Origin: an uncultured bacterium
Lineage (GTDB): Bacteria; Deinococcota; Deinococci; Deinococcales; Trueperaceae
Length of the DNA: 64,000 nucleotides
Reading direction: 5' to 3'
Assembly (NCBI GenBank): GCA_964561595.1
Contig: CAZLQH010000003.1
Span: forward strand, 9,025-73,024
Shown here: positions 26,679 through 34,924 of the stretch, piece after piece
Layout of the letters: the number at the start of each line of letters is the position of its first letter
How positions within the stretch are numbered: the stretch's first letter is position 1
The notes under the pieces: model-generated
Told to the model about the DNA's origin: nothing
Seen by the model: only the letters and a program-made list of their open reading frames with translations
The model's database searches: none
Translations under genes and position numbers: made by a program

Positions 26679-27412
26679 GTCGCGACGACGGCCGTGACGG
26701 CGACCGCCTCCGCCCCCCGCGCCCCCTGCGCCTGCCCACCGCCGCCGACCTCGCCACCTTCTCCGTCTGCCTCCGGGGCGCCTGCGGCGGGTACGGCGTC
26801 GCCGTCGCCACCGCGCGTCCCAACGTCGGCGCGCTGGTGCCGTACGTGTCCGAGCGCGGCGCCGTGGCGACGCAGGCCCGGGTCGACACGACCCTCGGGG
26901 CGCGAACGCTGGAGCGCTTGGGTCGCGGCGAGCCGGTCGCCCAGGCGATCGACGATCTCCTCGCCGGCGATCCGGACCGTGCGCTCCGGCAGCTGCACGG
27001 CGTCGACGCGAGCGGCGTGCACGCCGTCACCGGCGAGCGCTGCGTGCCGTTCGCCGGGCACCTCGCCGGCACCGGCGTCAGCGTCGCGGGCAACATGCTC
27101 GCCGGCCCGGAGGTGCTCGCGGCGATGCTCGAGGCGGCGGCCGACGGCGCCCGGCTCGACATCGGCGAGCGGCTGCTACGCGTGCTGGAAGCCGGTCAGG
27201 CGGCGGGCGGCGACAAGCGCGGCAAGCAGTCCGCCGCCCTGCTCGCGGCGTCGCCGGAGCCGCGGCTGCACCACAACCTCCGCGTCGACGATCACCCCGA
27301 CCCCGTCGCCGAGCTGAGGCGCCTGAAAGGCGTCATGGACGAACAGACCGAGCTCCTCCGCGCCTCGTACGGAGAGGAGGGCGTCCGCCTGTTCAGCCGC
27401 GTCCGGCGCTGA
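26675..27412 (+). CDS. DUF1028-family protein (Ntn-hydrolase fold)
   Basis: 3' part of ORF 25700..27412(+). GTG 26675 overlaps the permease stop (GTGA). ATFSVCLRG..GYGVAVATA matches the DUF1028 N-terminal TFSI...GVAV pattern, but it is preceded by 27 extra residues with no alternative start codon nearby. Confidence 0.75.
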   Translation: MSRDDGRDGDRLRPPRPLRLPTAADLATFSVCLRGACGGYGVAVATARPNVGALVPYVSERGAVATQARVDTTLGARTLERLGRGEPVAQAIDDLLAGDPDRALRQLHGVDASGVHAVTGERCVPFAGHLAGTGVSVAGNMLAGPEVLAAMLEAAADGARLDIGERLLRVLEAGQAAGGDKRGKQSAALLAASPEPRLHHNLRVDDHPDPVAELRRLKGVMDEQTELLRASYGEEGVRLFSRVRR

Positions 27413-27445
27413 CCGGAGCCGCGGCGCGGGTAGACTCGCCACGCC

Positions 27446-27988
27446 ATGGAGACGCTCAAGCTGTTGTGGTCGTTCGCCAAAGTCGGTCTGTTCGGATTCG
27501 GCGGCGGTCCGTCGATGATTCCGCTCATCCAGGAGGAAGTGGTCGACGTCCAGCGTTGGCTGACGAAGGAGGAGTTCCTGGACGCGTTCGCCTTCGGCAA
27601 CGCCCTCCCCGGACCGATCGCCACGAAGATGGCCGGCTACGTCGGCTTCAAGGTCGCCGGCTGGCCGGGCGCGGCCGCCGGCCTGGTCGGCGTGACCGTG
27701 CCGACGATCCTCGCCATGATCGCGCTGGGCGGGCTGTACCTCCGCTACCGCGAGTCGCCGCTGTTCGGCGCGTTCCTGCGCGGCGTGCGGCCCGTCGTGA
27801 TCGCGTTGCTGGCGCTCGTCGTCTGGGAGTTCGCGCCCCGCGCGTTCGGAGCCCCGCCCGAGTGGCTGGCCAACTGGGCGCTCTGGGCGCTGGCCATCGG
27901 CGCGTTCGCGCTGGCCATCCGGTTCGGCGTCCATCCCGCCGTCCTCATCGTCGCCGGCGGCGTGACCGGCCTGATCTTCCTGCGCTGA
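27446..27988 (+). CDS. Short-chain (single-domain) chromate ion transporter (CHR) family protein
   Basis: ORF 27446..27988(+), 180 aa. FGFGGGPSMIPLIQEEVV...WLTKEEFLDAFAFGNALPGP is the CHR signature. A TAGACT hexamer lies 9 nt upstream of the ATG. Confidence 0.85.
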   Translation: METLKLLWSFAKVGLFGFGGGPSMIPLIQEEVVDVQRWLTKEEFLDAFAFGNALPGPIATKMAGYVGFKVAGWPGAAAGLVGVTVPTILAMIALGGLYLRYRESPLFGAFLRGVRPVVIALLALVVWEFAPRAFGAPPEWLANWALWALAIGAFALAIRFGVHPAVLIVAGGVTGLIFLR

Positions 27989-28002
27989 CCCGAAGGAGCA
28001 CC

Positions 28003-29589
28003 ATGGATCCCACCACCCCCTACCCCTCGCAACGCATGCCGGTCCTGGCGCGCAACGTCGTCGCGACCAGCCAGCCGCTGGCCGCGGCGGCGGGCCTGCG
28101 CATGCTGGCCAACGGCGGCAACGCCGTCGACGCCGCCCTGGCCACCGCGATCGCGCTCACCGTGGTCGAGCCAACCAGCAACGGCATCGGAAGCGACGCG
28201 TTCGCCATCCTCTGGGACGGCGAGCGGCTGCACGGCCTGAACGCCTCGGGTCGCAGCCCCGCCACGCTGACGCCGGAACGGTTCGCCGGCATGGACGCCG
28301 TTCCGCTCCGCGGAGAGGACACGGTCACCACGCCGGGCGCGGTGTCGTCGTGGGTCGAGCTGCATCGCCGCTTCGGCTCGCTCCCGTTCGCCGACCTGTT
28401 CGCCCCCGCCATCGGCTATGCGCGGGACGGCTTTCCCGTCTCGCCGATCACCGCCCGCGCCTGGTCGCTCTCGGAGAAGGCGTTCGGCGCGCGCCCCGAC
28501 TTCGCGCAGGCGTTCCTGCCCGGTGGGCGCGCACCGCGGGCGGGGGAGACGTGGCGCTTCCACGATCAGGCCGACACGCTGGCCACGATCGCGGAGACGT
28601 ACGGCGAAGCGTTCTACCGCGGCGCCCTGGCCGAACGGATCGCAGCGCACGTCCGGGGCGGCGGCGGTCTGCTGGACGCCTCCGATCTGGACGCGCACCG
28701 GCCGGACTGGGTCGGGACGATCTCGACCGCCTACCGCGGAACCGAGCTGCACGAGATCCCCCCGAACGGCCAGGGCCTCGCCGCGCTGATCGCGCTGGGC
28801 ATCCTGCGCCACACCGACGTCGCGGACGCGGAGCCGGACTCGGTCCATGCCGTCCACCTCCAGATCGAGGCGATGAAGCTGGCGTTCGCCGACGCGTACC
28901 GCTACGTCGCGGACCCGGACCACCTCGACGTCACGCCGGAGGAGCTGCTGGACGACGGCTACCTGGCCTCGCGGGCCGCCGAGATCGATCCGAACCGCGC
29001 GGGGGCGCCGACGTACGGCGTGCCGAAGCGGGGCGGCACGGTGTACCTGACCGCGGCCGACGCGGACGGCCGGATGGTGTCGTTCATCCAATCGAACTAC
29101 TACGGCTTCGGCTCGGGCGTGGTGGTGCCGGGAACCGGCATCTCGCTCCAGAACCGCGGCGCGGGGTTCACGCTCGAGGAGGGCCATCCGAACCGGGTCG
29201 GCCCCTCGAAGCGGCCGTTCCACACGATCATTCCCGCCTTCCTCACCGAAGGCGGCCGGCCCCGGACCAGCTTCGGCGTGATGGGCGGCCCGATGCAGCC
29301 CCAGGGGCACGTGCAGATGGTGCTGAGGACCGTGGCGTGGGGCCAGAACCCGCAGGCAGCCGCCGACGCGCCCCGCTGGCGCGTCGTCGAGGGACGCACG
29401 GTCGCGGTCGAGTCGGGCGTGCCCGCGGACGTCGTCGACGCGCTGACGGCGCTGGGGCACGACGTGACGGCCACCGCGCCCGAGGCGAGCTTCGCGTTCG
29501 GCGGCGCGCAGCTGATCGAGCGGCTGCCCGGCGGCGGCTACGCGGCCGGTAGCGATCCCCGCAAGGACGGCCTGGCGATCGGATTCTGA
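28003..29589 (+). CDS. ggt: Gamma-glutamyltransferase family protein without a signal peptide
   Basis: 3' part of ORF 27466..29589(+). ATG 28003 with a GAAGGAG SD. Blocks: VVATSQPLAAAAGLRMLANGGNAVDAALA; autoprocessing/nucleophile region RGGTVYLTAAD; GGPMQPQG. There is no hydrophobic N-terminal segment. Confidence 0.9.
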   Translation: MDPTTPYPSQRMPVLARNVVATSQPLAAAAGLRMLANGGNAVDAALATAIALTVVEPTSNGIGSDAFAILWDGERLHGLNASGRSPATLTPERFAGMDAVPLRGEDTVTTPGAVSSWVELHRRFGSLPFADLFAPAIGYARDGFPVSPITARAWSLSEKAFGARPDFAQAFLPGGRAPRAGETWRFHDQADTLATIAETYGEAFYRGALAERIAAHVRGGGGLLDASDLDAHRPDWVGTISTAYRGTELHEIPPNGQGLAALIALGILRHTDVADAEPDSVHAVHLQIEAMKLAFADAYRYVADPDHLDVTPEELLDDGYLASRAAEIDPNRAGAPTYGVPKRGGTVYLTAADADGRMVSFIQSNYYGFGSGVVVPGTGISLQNRGAGFTLEEGHPNRVGPSKRPFHTIIPAFLTEGGRPRTSFGVMGGPMQPQGHVQMVLRTVAWGQNPQAAADAPRWRVVEGRTVAVESGVPADVVDALTALGHDVTATAPEASFAFGGAQLIERLPGGGYAAGSDPRKDGLAIGF

Positions 29590-29599
29590 GCGCCGTTCC

Positions 29600-29630
29600 G
29601 CAGGCCGCGCGACATGCTCGTGCGGCCTGC
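29600..29630 (+). terminator. Hairpin after ggt
   Basis: GCAGGCCGC-N13-GCGGCCTGC, a 9-bp stem 11 nt after the stop. No U-tract. Confidence 0.4.
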
Positions 29631-29725
29631 CGTGGCACCCTCCGTGTGCGACGGGGCCGTACGAACGGTCCGGCCCGCGCATCCGCATCCGACGACGGGG
29701 CGTCCCGCCCCCGGGGAGGTTCCCC

Positions 29726-30160
29726 ATGCCCACCGCCAAGCAGGGCGACACGGTCCAGATCCACTACACCGGCAAGCTCGACGACGGCACCGTCTTCGAC
29801 AGCAGCGAGGGCCGCGAGCCGCTCGCATTCACCCTCGGCGAGGGCCAGGTCATCTCGGGCTTCGAAGAGGCCGCGATCGGCATGGAGGTCGGGGAGAGCA
29901 AGGAGACCCGTCTCGACGTCGATGACGCGTACGGCGAGCGGCGCGAGGATCTCCTGCTCGAGGTCCCGCGCGAGCAGCTGCCCGACGAGCTCGAGGTCGA
30001 CGTCGGCACGCCGCTCCAGCTCCAGCAGCCCGACGGCCGCGCGGTGCCCGTGACGGTCGCCAAGCTGGACGAGGAGCAGGTCACGCTGGACGCCAACCAT
30101 CCGCTCGCCGGTCAGCCGCTGACCTTCCAGATCACCCTGGTCGGAATCGGCGACGGCTGA
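29726..30160 (+). CDS. FKBP-type peptidyl-prolyl cis-trans isomerase (SlyD-like, with IF insert)
   Basis: ORF 29726..30160(+), 144 aa. GDTVQIHYTGKLDDGTVFDSS...GEGQVISGFEEAAIGM...LDANHPLAGQPLTFQI. SD GGGGAGG. Confidence 0.9.
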   Translation: MPTAKQGDTVQIHYTGKLDDGTVFDSSEGREPLAFTLGEGQVISGFEEAAIGMEVGESKETRLDVDDAYGERREDLLLEVPREQLPDELEVDVGTPLQLQQPDGRAVPVTVAKLDEEQVTLDANHPLAGQPLTFQITLVGIGDG

Positions 30161-30182
30161 CCCCTCGGGGCGTTGGGCCGGC

Positions 30183-30974
30183 ATGGACCTGCTCGAGCCC
30201 ACGTTGCGCCGGATCGCCTGGCTCGAAGCGGCGGCCGCGGACGCCCTGGCGCCGGCCGAGGAGGTCGTCTCCGACGGCTGGCGCCTGCGCTTCAACCGGG
30301 GCGTCACGCGCCGCGGCAACAGCGTCCTGCCCGAGGCCCGCGGTGAGCGACCGCTGGGCGCCAAGCTGAGCGAGGCCGAGACGTTCTACCGGAGGCGCGG
30401 CGTCGTGCCACGCTTCCAGCTCACCTCGGCCGCCCGTCCGGCCCGTCTGGACGACGAGCTCGCCCGCCGCGGCTGGGAGCGCGAGCCGGGCGCGACGGTG
30501 CTGCAGCACGGACTCGAGACGCTGCCCGAGGCGCCCGACGACGCCGCAGCGGGCGACGTTCGCGTGGCCGAGCGGCCGGACGCCGGCTACACCTCGGTCC
30601 AGGACGCCGTGGTGCCCGGCTCCGGCGCTTGGGCCGAGGCGAGGGCAGCGGCGCTCCACGGCGCGGGGCTGGTGCCGTGGCACCTCGACGTCCGCGGTGA
30701 CGACGGGCGCGCGGTCGCGGCCGGGCTGGCCGTGCTCGATCCTCAGCGCCGGTGCGTGGGCCTGTTCTCGCTCGCGACCGTTCCAGGCGCCCGCGGGCGT
30801 GGCCACGGACGCGCCCTCGTCGCCGCGGCGCTGCGCCGTGCGCACGCTGCCGGTGCACGCTGCGCGTACCTCCAGGTGGACGCCCGGAACGACGCGGCGT
30901 TACGCCTGTACCGGCGGCTCGGTTTCGGGGTGCATCACGCCTATCACTACCGGCGGGGCGAGTCGCCCGACTAG
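30183..30974 (+). CDS. GNAT-family N-acetyltransferase
   Basis: ORF 30183..30974(+), 263 aa. Acetyl-CoA-binding motif A ATVPGARGRGHGRALVAAAL and C-terminal NDAALRLYRRLGF. Confidence 0.8.
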   Translation: MDLLEPTLRRIAWLEAAAADALAPAEEVVSDGWRLRFNRGVTRRGNSVLPEARGERPLGAKLSEAETFYRRRGVVPRFQLTSAARPARLDDELARRGWEREPGATVLQHGLETLPEAPDDAAAGDVRVAERPDAGYTSVQDAVVPGSGAWAEARAAALHGAGLVPWHLDVRGDDGRAVAAGLAVLDPQRRCVGLFSLATVPGARGRGHGRALVAAALRRAHAAGARCAYLQVDARNDAALRLYRRLGFGVHHAYHYRRGESPD

Positions 30975-30994
30975 TCTGCGGCCGCCGCCGCGGG

Positions 30995-32008
30995 TCAGTG
31001 GAACACGCCGCCGCGTCGGCGCGCGTCCTGAAGCACGTCGGCCATGTCCAGCGCCCGGCTCGTCCCCACCACCACGCAATCCTCCGGATCGTCCGCGAGC
31101 CCCACGGGGATGTCGGTCACGCGGCTGAGGAACAGGTCCAGGTTGCGCAGCTGCGCGCCGCCGCCCGTCAGCACGATGCCGCGGTCGATCACGTCGCTGA
31201 CCAGCTCCGGGGGCGCCAGCTCGAGCACCTTGCGCAGCCCGCCGGCGATCTTGTCGAGCGAGCTCGCGAGCGCCTCGACCACGTCCGTCGTCGTGACCTG
31301 GGCGGTCTTCGGCATGCCGTCGATCAGGTCCCGGCCGCGAACCTCGATCGAGGTCGGCTCTTCTCCCGGGGCCAGCGTCGCCGCGCCGACCTCCCGCTTG
31401 ATCTGCTCCGCCGTGCGGTCGCCGATCAGCAGGTTGTGGTGGTCCTTCACCCAGCCGATGATGTCGCGGTCGAAGTGCGTGCCCGCGATGCGCAGGCTCT
31501 CGGAGACGACGATCCCGCCCATGCTGATCACCGCGAGGTCGGTCGTTCCGCCGCCCACGTCGATGACCATCGAGCCGACCGGCTCGGCGATGTCGATCCC
31601 CGCCCCGATCGCGCCGGCGACCGGCTCCTCGATCAGCAGCGCCTTGCGCGCGCCGATCTCGTGCACGGCTTGCAAAACGGCGCGCCTCTCGACCTCGGTG
31701 ATGCCCGAGGGGATGCACACCATGATCGTGGGCCGGAGGAAACGGCTGGGGCCGGTGAGGATCTTGCCGACGAACGCCTTGAGCATCCGCTCGGTCAGGG
31801 TGTAGTCGGCGATGACGCCGTCCGCCATCGGGCGGATCGCGGTGATCGAGCCGGGCGTGCGCCCCAGCATCCGATAGGCGTCCTGCCCGACGGCCTTGAT
31901 GTCGGTCGTGCCTTTGAGGACGGCGATGACGGCCGGCTCGCGGAGGACGACGCCACGGCCCTTCACGTGGATGCGTACGTTGGTGGTGCCGAGGTCGACG
32001 CCGATCAT
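30995..32008 (-). CDS. mreB: Rod-shape-determining actin homologue MreB
   Basis: ORF 30995..32008(-), 337 aa. IGVDLGTTNV, VIDVGGGTTD, IVLTGGGAQLRNLD. A TAGCGT hexamer lies 6 nt upstream of the ATG. Confidence 0.92.
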   Translation of the reverse strand: MIGVDLGTTNVRIHVKGRGVVLREPAVIAVLKGTTDIKAVGQDAYRMLGRTPGSITAIRPMADGVIADYTLTERMLKAFVGKILTGPSRFLRPTIMVCIPSGITEVERRAVLQAVHEIGARKALLIEEPVAGAIGAGIDIAEPVGSMVIDVGGGTTDLAVISMGGIVVSESLRIAGTHFDRDIIGWVKDHHNLLIGDRTAEQIKREVGAATLAPGEEPTSIEVRGRDLIDGMPKTAQVTTTDVVEALASSLDKIAGGLRKVLELAPPELVSDVIDRGIVLTGGGAQLRNLDLFLSRVTDIPVGLADDPEDCVVVGTSRALDMADVLQDARRRGGVFH

Positions 32009-32083
32009 GGCGCCACGCTACCAGACCCCTGCCTGCGCCGGATGACCGGCGACGCGCTCCGCGCGCCGTGGTAGGAGGGGAGC

Positions 32084-33040
32084 ATGAAGGCGATCGTCGA
32101 ACGAGGTGGCGCGCTCCGCTGGACCGACGCGCCCGATCCCGTCCCAGGCCCCCGCGACGCCCTGGTCCGCGTCGGCGCCGCGGGCGTCAACCGTGCCGAT
32201 CTCGCGCAACGCGCCGGACGCTACCCGCCTCCGCCCGGCGCGTCCGAGATCCTCGGCCTCGAGGTGGCGGGCGAGGTGCTCTCCGCCCCGCCGGACAGCG
32301 GCTGGCGTCCGGGCGACCGGGCCTGCGCGCTGCTTCCCGGGGGCGGCTACGCCGAGCTGGCCGCGGTCCCCGCGCGGATGCTGATGCCGGTGCCCGCCCG
32401 CCTGGACGACGTGCAGGCGGCTTCGCTGCCCGAGGTGCACCTGACGGCGTTCCTGAACCTGATCCTCGAGGCGGGGCTCCGGCCCGGCGAGCGGGCGCTG
32501 GTCCACGGTGGCGCCAGCGGCGTCGGCACCGCGGCGATCCAGCAGATCCGGGAGATCGGCGCGCACGTCGCGACCACCTCCAGCGCCGGGAAGGTGGACC
32601 GCTGCGCCGCGCTCGGGGCGGACCCAGCGCTGGACCGGCGCGACCCGGCGTGGGCTGAGCGGCTGCGAGACGCCTGGGGCTCCGTCGACGTGATCCTGGA
32701 CATGGTCGGCGCGGACACCGCGGCTGCTGCGTTCGATCTTCTGGGCACCGGTGGCAGGCTGATCTGGATCGCGACGCTGTCGGGCGCGAAGATCGAGGTC
32801 GACGTCCGGGTCGCGATGCGCAAGCGCCTGACGCTGAAGGGCTCGACGCTCCGCGCCAGGCCGCTGAACGAGAAGATCACGCTTCGCGACGCGTTCGTCG
32901 CCAGGCTCTGGCCGGCGTTGGAGGCGGGCCGCATCGTCCCGGTCGTGCACGAGGCGGTCGCCGTCGCCGAGGTCGAGCGTGCCCACGAGCTGCTGCGCGC
33001 CAACGCGACCGTCGGCAAGGTCGTGCTGCGGATGCCGTGA
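32084..33040 (+). CDS. NAD(P)H:quinone oxidoreductase (zeta-crystallin/PIG3-type MDR)
   Basis: ORF 32084..33040(+), 318 aa. GVNRADLAQRAGRYPPPPGASEILGLEVAGEV, nucleotide motif HGGASGVGTAAIQ, C-terminal GKVVL. Confidence 0.88.
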   Translation: MKAIVERGGALRWTDAPDPVPGPRDALVRVGAAGVNRADLAQRAGRYPPPPGASEILGLEVAGEVLSAPPDSGWRPGDRACALLPGGGYAELAAVPARMLMPVPARLDDVQAASLPEVHLTAFLNLILEAGLRPGERALVHGGASGVGTAAIQQIREIGAHVATTSSAGKVDRCAALGADPALDRRDPAWAERLRDAWGSVDVILDMVGADTAAAAFDLLGTGGRLIWIATLSGAKIEVDVRVAMRKRLTLKGSTLRARPLNEKITLRDAFVARLWPALEAGRIVPVVHEAVAVAEVERAHELLRANATVGKVVLRMP

Positions 33041-33058
33041 CGGACCGCGCGCGACGAA

Positions 33059-33118
33059 GAATCCCGTGGGGTCTCCGCTGGGGGGGCAGCGGGGCGCGGA
33101 GACGCGGCCACGGGATTC
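33059..33118 (+). terminator. 60-nt compound hairpin after the quinone oxidoreductase gene
   Basis: Outer arms GAATCCCGTGG / CCACGGGATTC (11 bp), inner arms GTCTCCG / CGGAGAC, and a G-rich apical loop. It starts 19 nt after the stop. No U-tract. Confidence 0.5.
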
Positions 33119-33206
33119 GCCGGCGAGCGTACCCAGGCCGGGCCGCGTCCGGGTAGGTCGCCGGTCACAGTTCGGGTCGCCGTCCGCCCCTGGTACGCTT
33201 CGGCCC

Positions 33207-33953
33207 GTGGATACGCCTCCGTTCACCCGCCTGGCCCAGGTCTACGACGCCATCATGGAGGACGTCGAGTACGACGACTGGGTCGCGTTCGTGCTCAGGC
33301 AGGCGACCGTTCGGGGCTTCGCGGGCGGGAGGCTCCTGGATCTGGGGTGCGGTACCGGGAACGCCACCGCGCCCGCGCTGGACCGGGGGTTCGAGGTCGA
33401 CGGGCTCGACGCCTCGCCGGAGATGCTCGAGGTGGCGCGGGCCAAGCTGCCGGACACCGAGTTTCACGTCGGCGACGTGCGCGACTTCGAGCTGCCGCAC
33501 CGCTACGCGTTGGTGTACTCCGTGTTCGACGCGCTCAACAACCTGCTGACGGACGAGGCGTTCGTGGCGATGGCGCGCCAGGTGCGGCGGCACCTGGAGC
33601 CGGGCGGCTGGTTCGTGTTCGACGCGAACACCCGCGCCGGTCTACGGCGTCTGTGGGAGGACGACCGCGCGGAAGGGTGGGCCGGCGAGGTGTACTACCG
33701 CTGGCTTCACCGCTACGACCCCGGCACCGACCTGGCCGTCGTCGAAGCGTTCTGCGACGGTCCGGGCGGGGCGTTCACGGAGGTGCACCAGGAGCGGCCG
33801 TACGATCCGGACGACCTCCGGCGCCTGTTGCACGATGCCGGCTTCGCTGCGGTCGAGGTGCTCGTATACCCGGACGCCGTTCCGGCGGACGCCAGCGAGC
33901 CTCGGGTCTGGACGTTCGCGCGGGCGCCCGGCCACGAAAACGAAGGTTCCTAG
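33207..33953 (+). CDS. Class I SAM-dependent methyltransferase
   Basis: Part of ORF 32979..33953(+). GTG 33207 lies 7 nt after a TACGCT hexamer. Motif I LLDLGCGTGN; post-I GLDASPEML. Confidence 0.8.
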   Translation: MDTPPFTRLAQVYDAIMEDVEYDDWVAFVLRQATVRGFAGGRLLDLGCGTGNATAPALDRGFEVDGLDASPEMLEVARAKLPDTEFHVGDVRDFELPHRYALVYSVFDALNNLLTDEAFVAMARQVRRHLEPGGWFVFDANTRAGLRRLWEDDRAEGWAGEVYYRWLHRYDPGTDLAVVEAFCDGPGGAFTEVHQERPYDPDDLRRLLHDAGFAAVEVLVYPDAVPADASEPRVWTFARAPGHENEGS

Positions 33954-33967
33954 CCGCCCCGGCCGGT

Positions 33968-34924
33968 CTACCCCTCGCCCGAAGCCTCGTTCGACCGGCT
34001 GCCCGGCTGTTCGACCGTTTCCCGGCTCGCCGCCGGTCCAGCGGGCGCCGGATCGACGCCGGCCGCCTCGCGCGCCAGGCGGGCGATGTTGCTGACGTCC
34101 TCGTCGCCGAAGCCGCGCCGGATCAGGACCGTCTCGGCCTGCTCGACCCAGGCGGCGAGCGGCAACGGCACGCCCCGCTCGCGAGCGGCGTCCAGCGCGA
34201 TGCCGAGGTCCTTGCGGTGCAGGCGCGTGCGGAATCCGAGGGGGTAGGCGCCTCGCAGCATGTTGGGACCGCGGTTCGTCAGGCCCCACGATCCCGCGGC
34301 GCCGCCCGAGAGCGCCTGCAACGCCGCCTCGGCGTCGATGCCGGAGCGCATCGCGAACGACAGTCCTTCGGCCACCGCGGCGTACGTGCCGGCGATGACG
34401 ACCTGGTTCACCGCCTTGCACAGCTGGCCGGCGCCGACGGAGCCCACCCTCGTCAAGGTCGTCCCCAGCACCGAGAGCACCGGCCTGGCCCGCTCCAGCA
34501 CCTCCTCGTCTCCGCCGATCATGATCGACAGCGTGCCGTTCGCGGCGCCTTCGCTCCCGCCGGAGCAGGGGGCGTCGAGCATGTGGACGCCCCGGCGCCG
34601 CAGAGCCTCCGCGATCTCGCGGGTGACGTCCGGCGAGATCGTGGACATGTCGATCACGATCGCGCCCTCGCCCAGCCCCTCCGCCACGCCGTCCGGACCC
34701 AGCACCACCTCTCGCACGTCGGGCGAGTCGCCGACGATCGTGACGACCATCTCCGCCCCTTCCGCCGCCTCGCGCGGGGTCGCCGCCCGAGCCGCGCCGG
34801 CGTCGGCCAGCGGCCGCTCGCGCTCGCGCGTGCGGTTGTGGACCGTGACCTCGTGCCCAGCGTCCAGCAGCCGGCGTGCCATCGGCGCGCCCATCGTTCC
34901 GAGTCCGACGAATCCCACCTTCAT
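33968..34924 (-). CDS. NAD(P)-dependent beta-hydroxyacid dehydrogenase (3-hydroxyisobutyrate / 2-hydroxy-3-oxopropionate reductase family)
   Basis: ORF 33968..34924(-), 318 aa. MKVGFVGLGTMGAPMARRL, DAPCSGGSEGA, catalytic-Lys region GAGQLCKAVNQ. The ATG overlaps the acuC stop (ATGA, 34921-34924). About 30-aa low-complexity C-terminal tail. Confidence 0.88.
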   Translation of the reverse strand: MKVGFVGLGTMGAPMARRLLDAGHEVTVHNRTRERERPLADAGAARAATPREAAEGAEMVVTIVGDSPDVREVVLGPDGVAEGLGEGAIVIDMSTISPDVTREIAEALRRRGVHMLDAPCSGGSEGAANGTLSIMIGGDEEVLERARPVLSVLGTTLTRVGSVGAGQLCKAVNQVVIAGTYAAVAEGLSFAMRSGIDAEAALQALSGGAAGSWGLTNRGPNMLRGAYPLGFRTRLHRKDLGIALDAARERGVPLPLAAWVEQAETVLIRRGFGDEDVSNIARLAREAAGVDPAPAGPAASRETVEQPGSRSNEASGEG

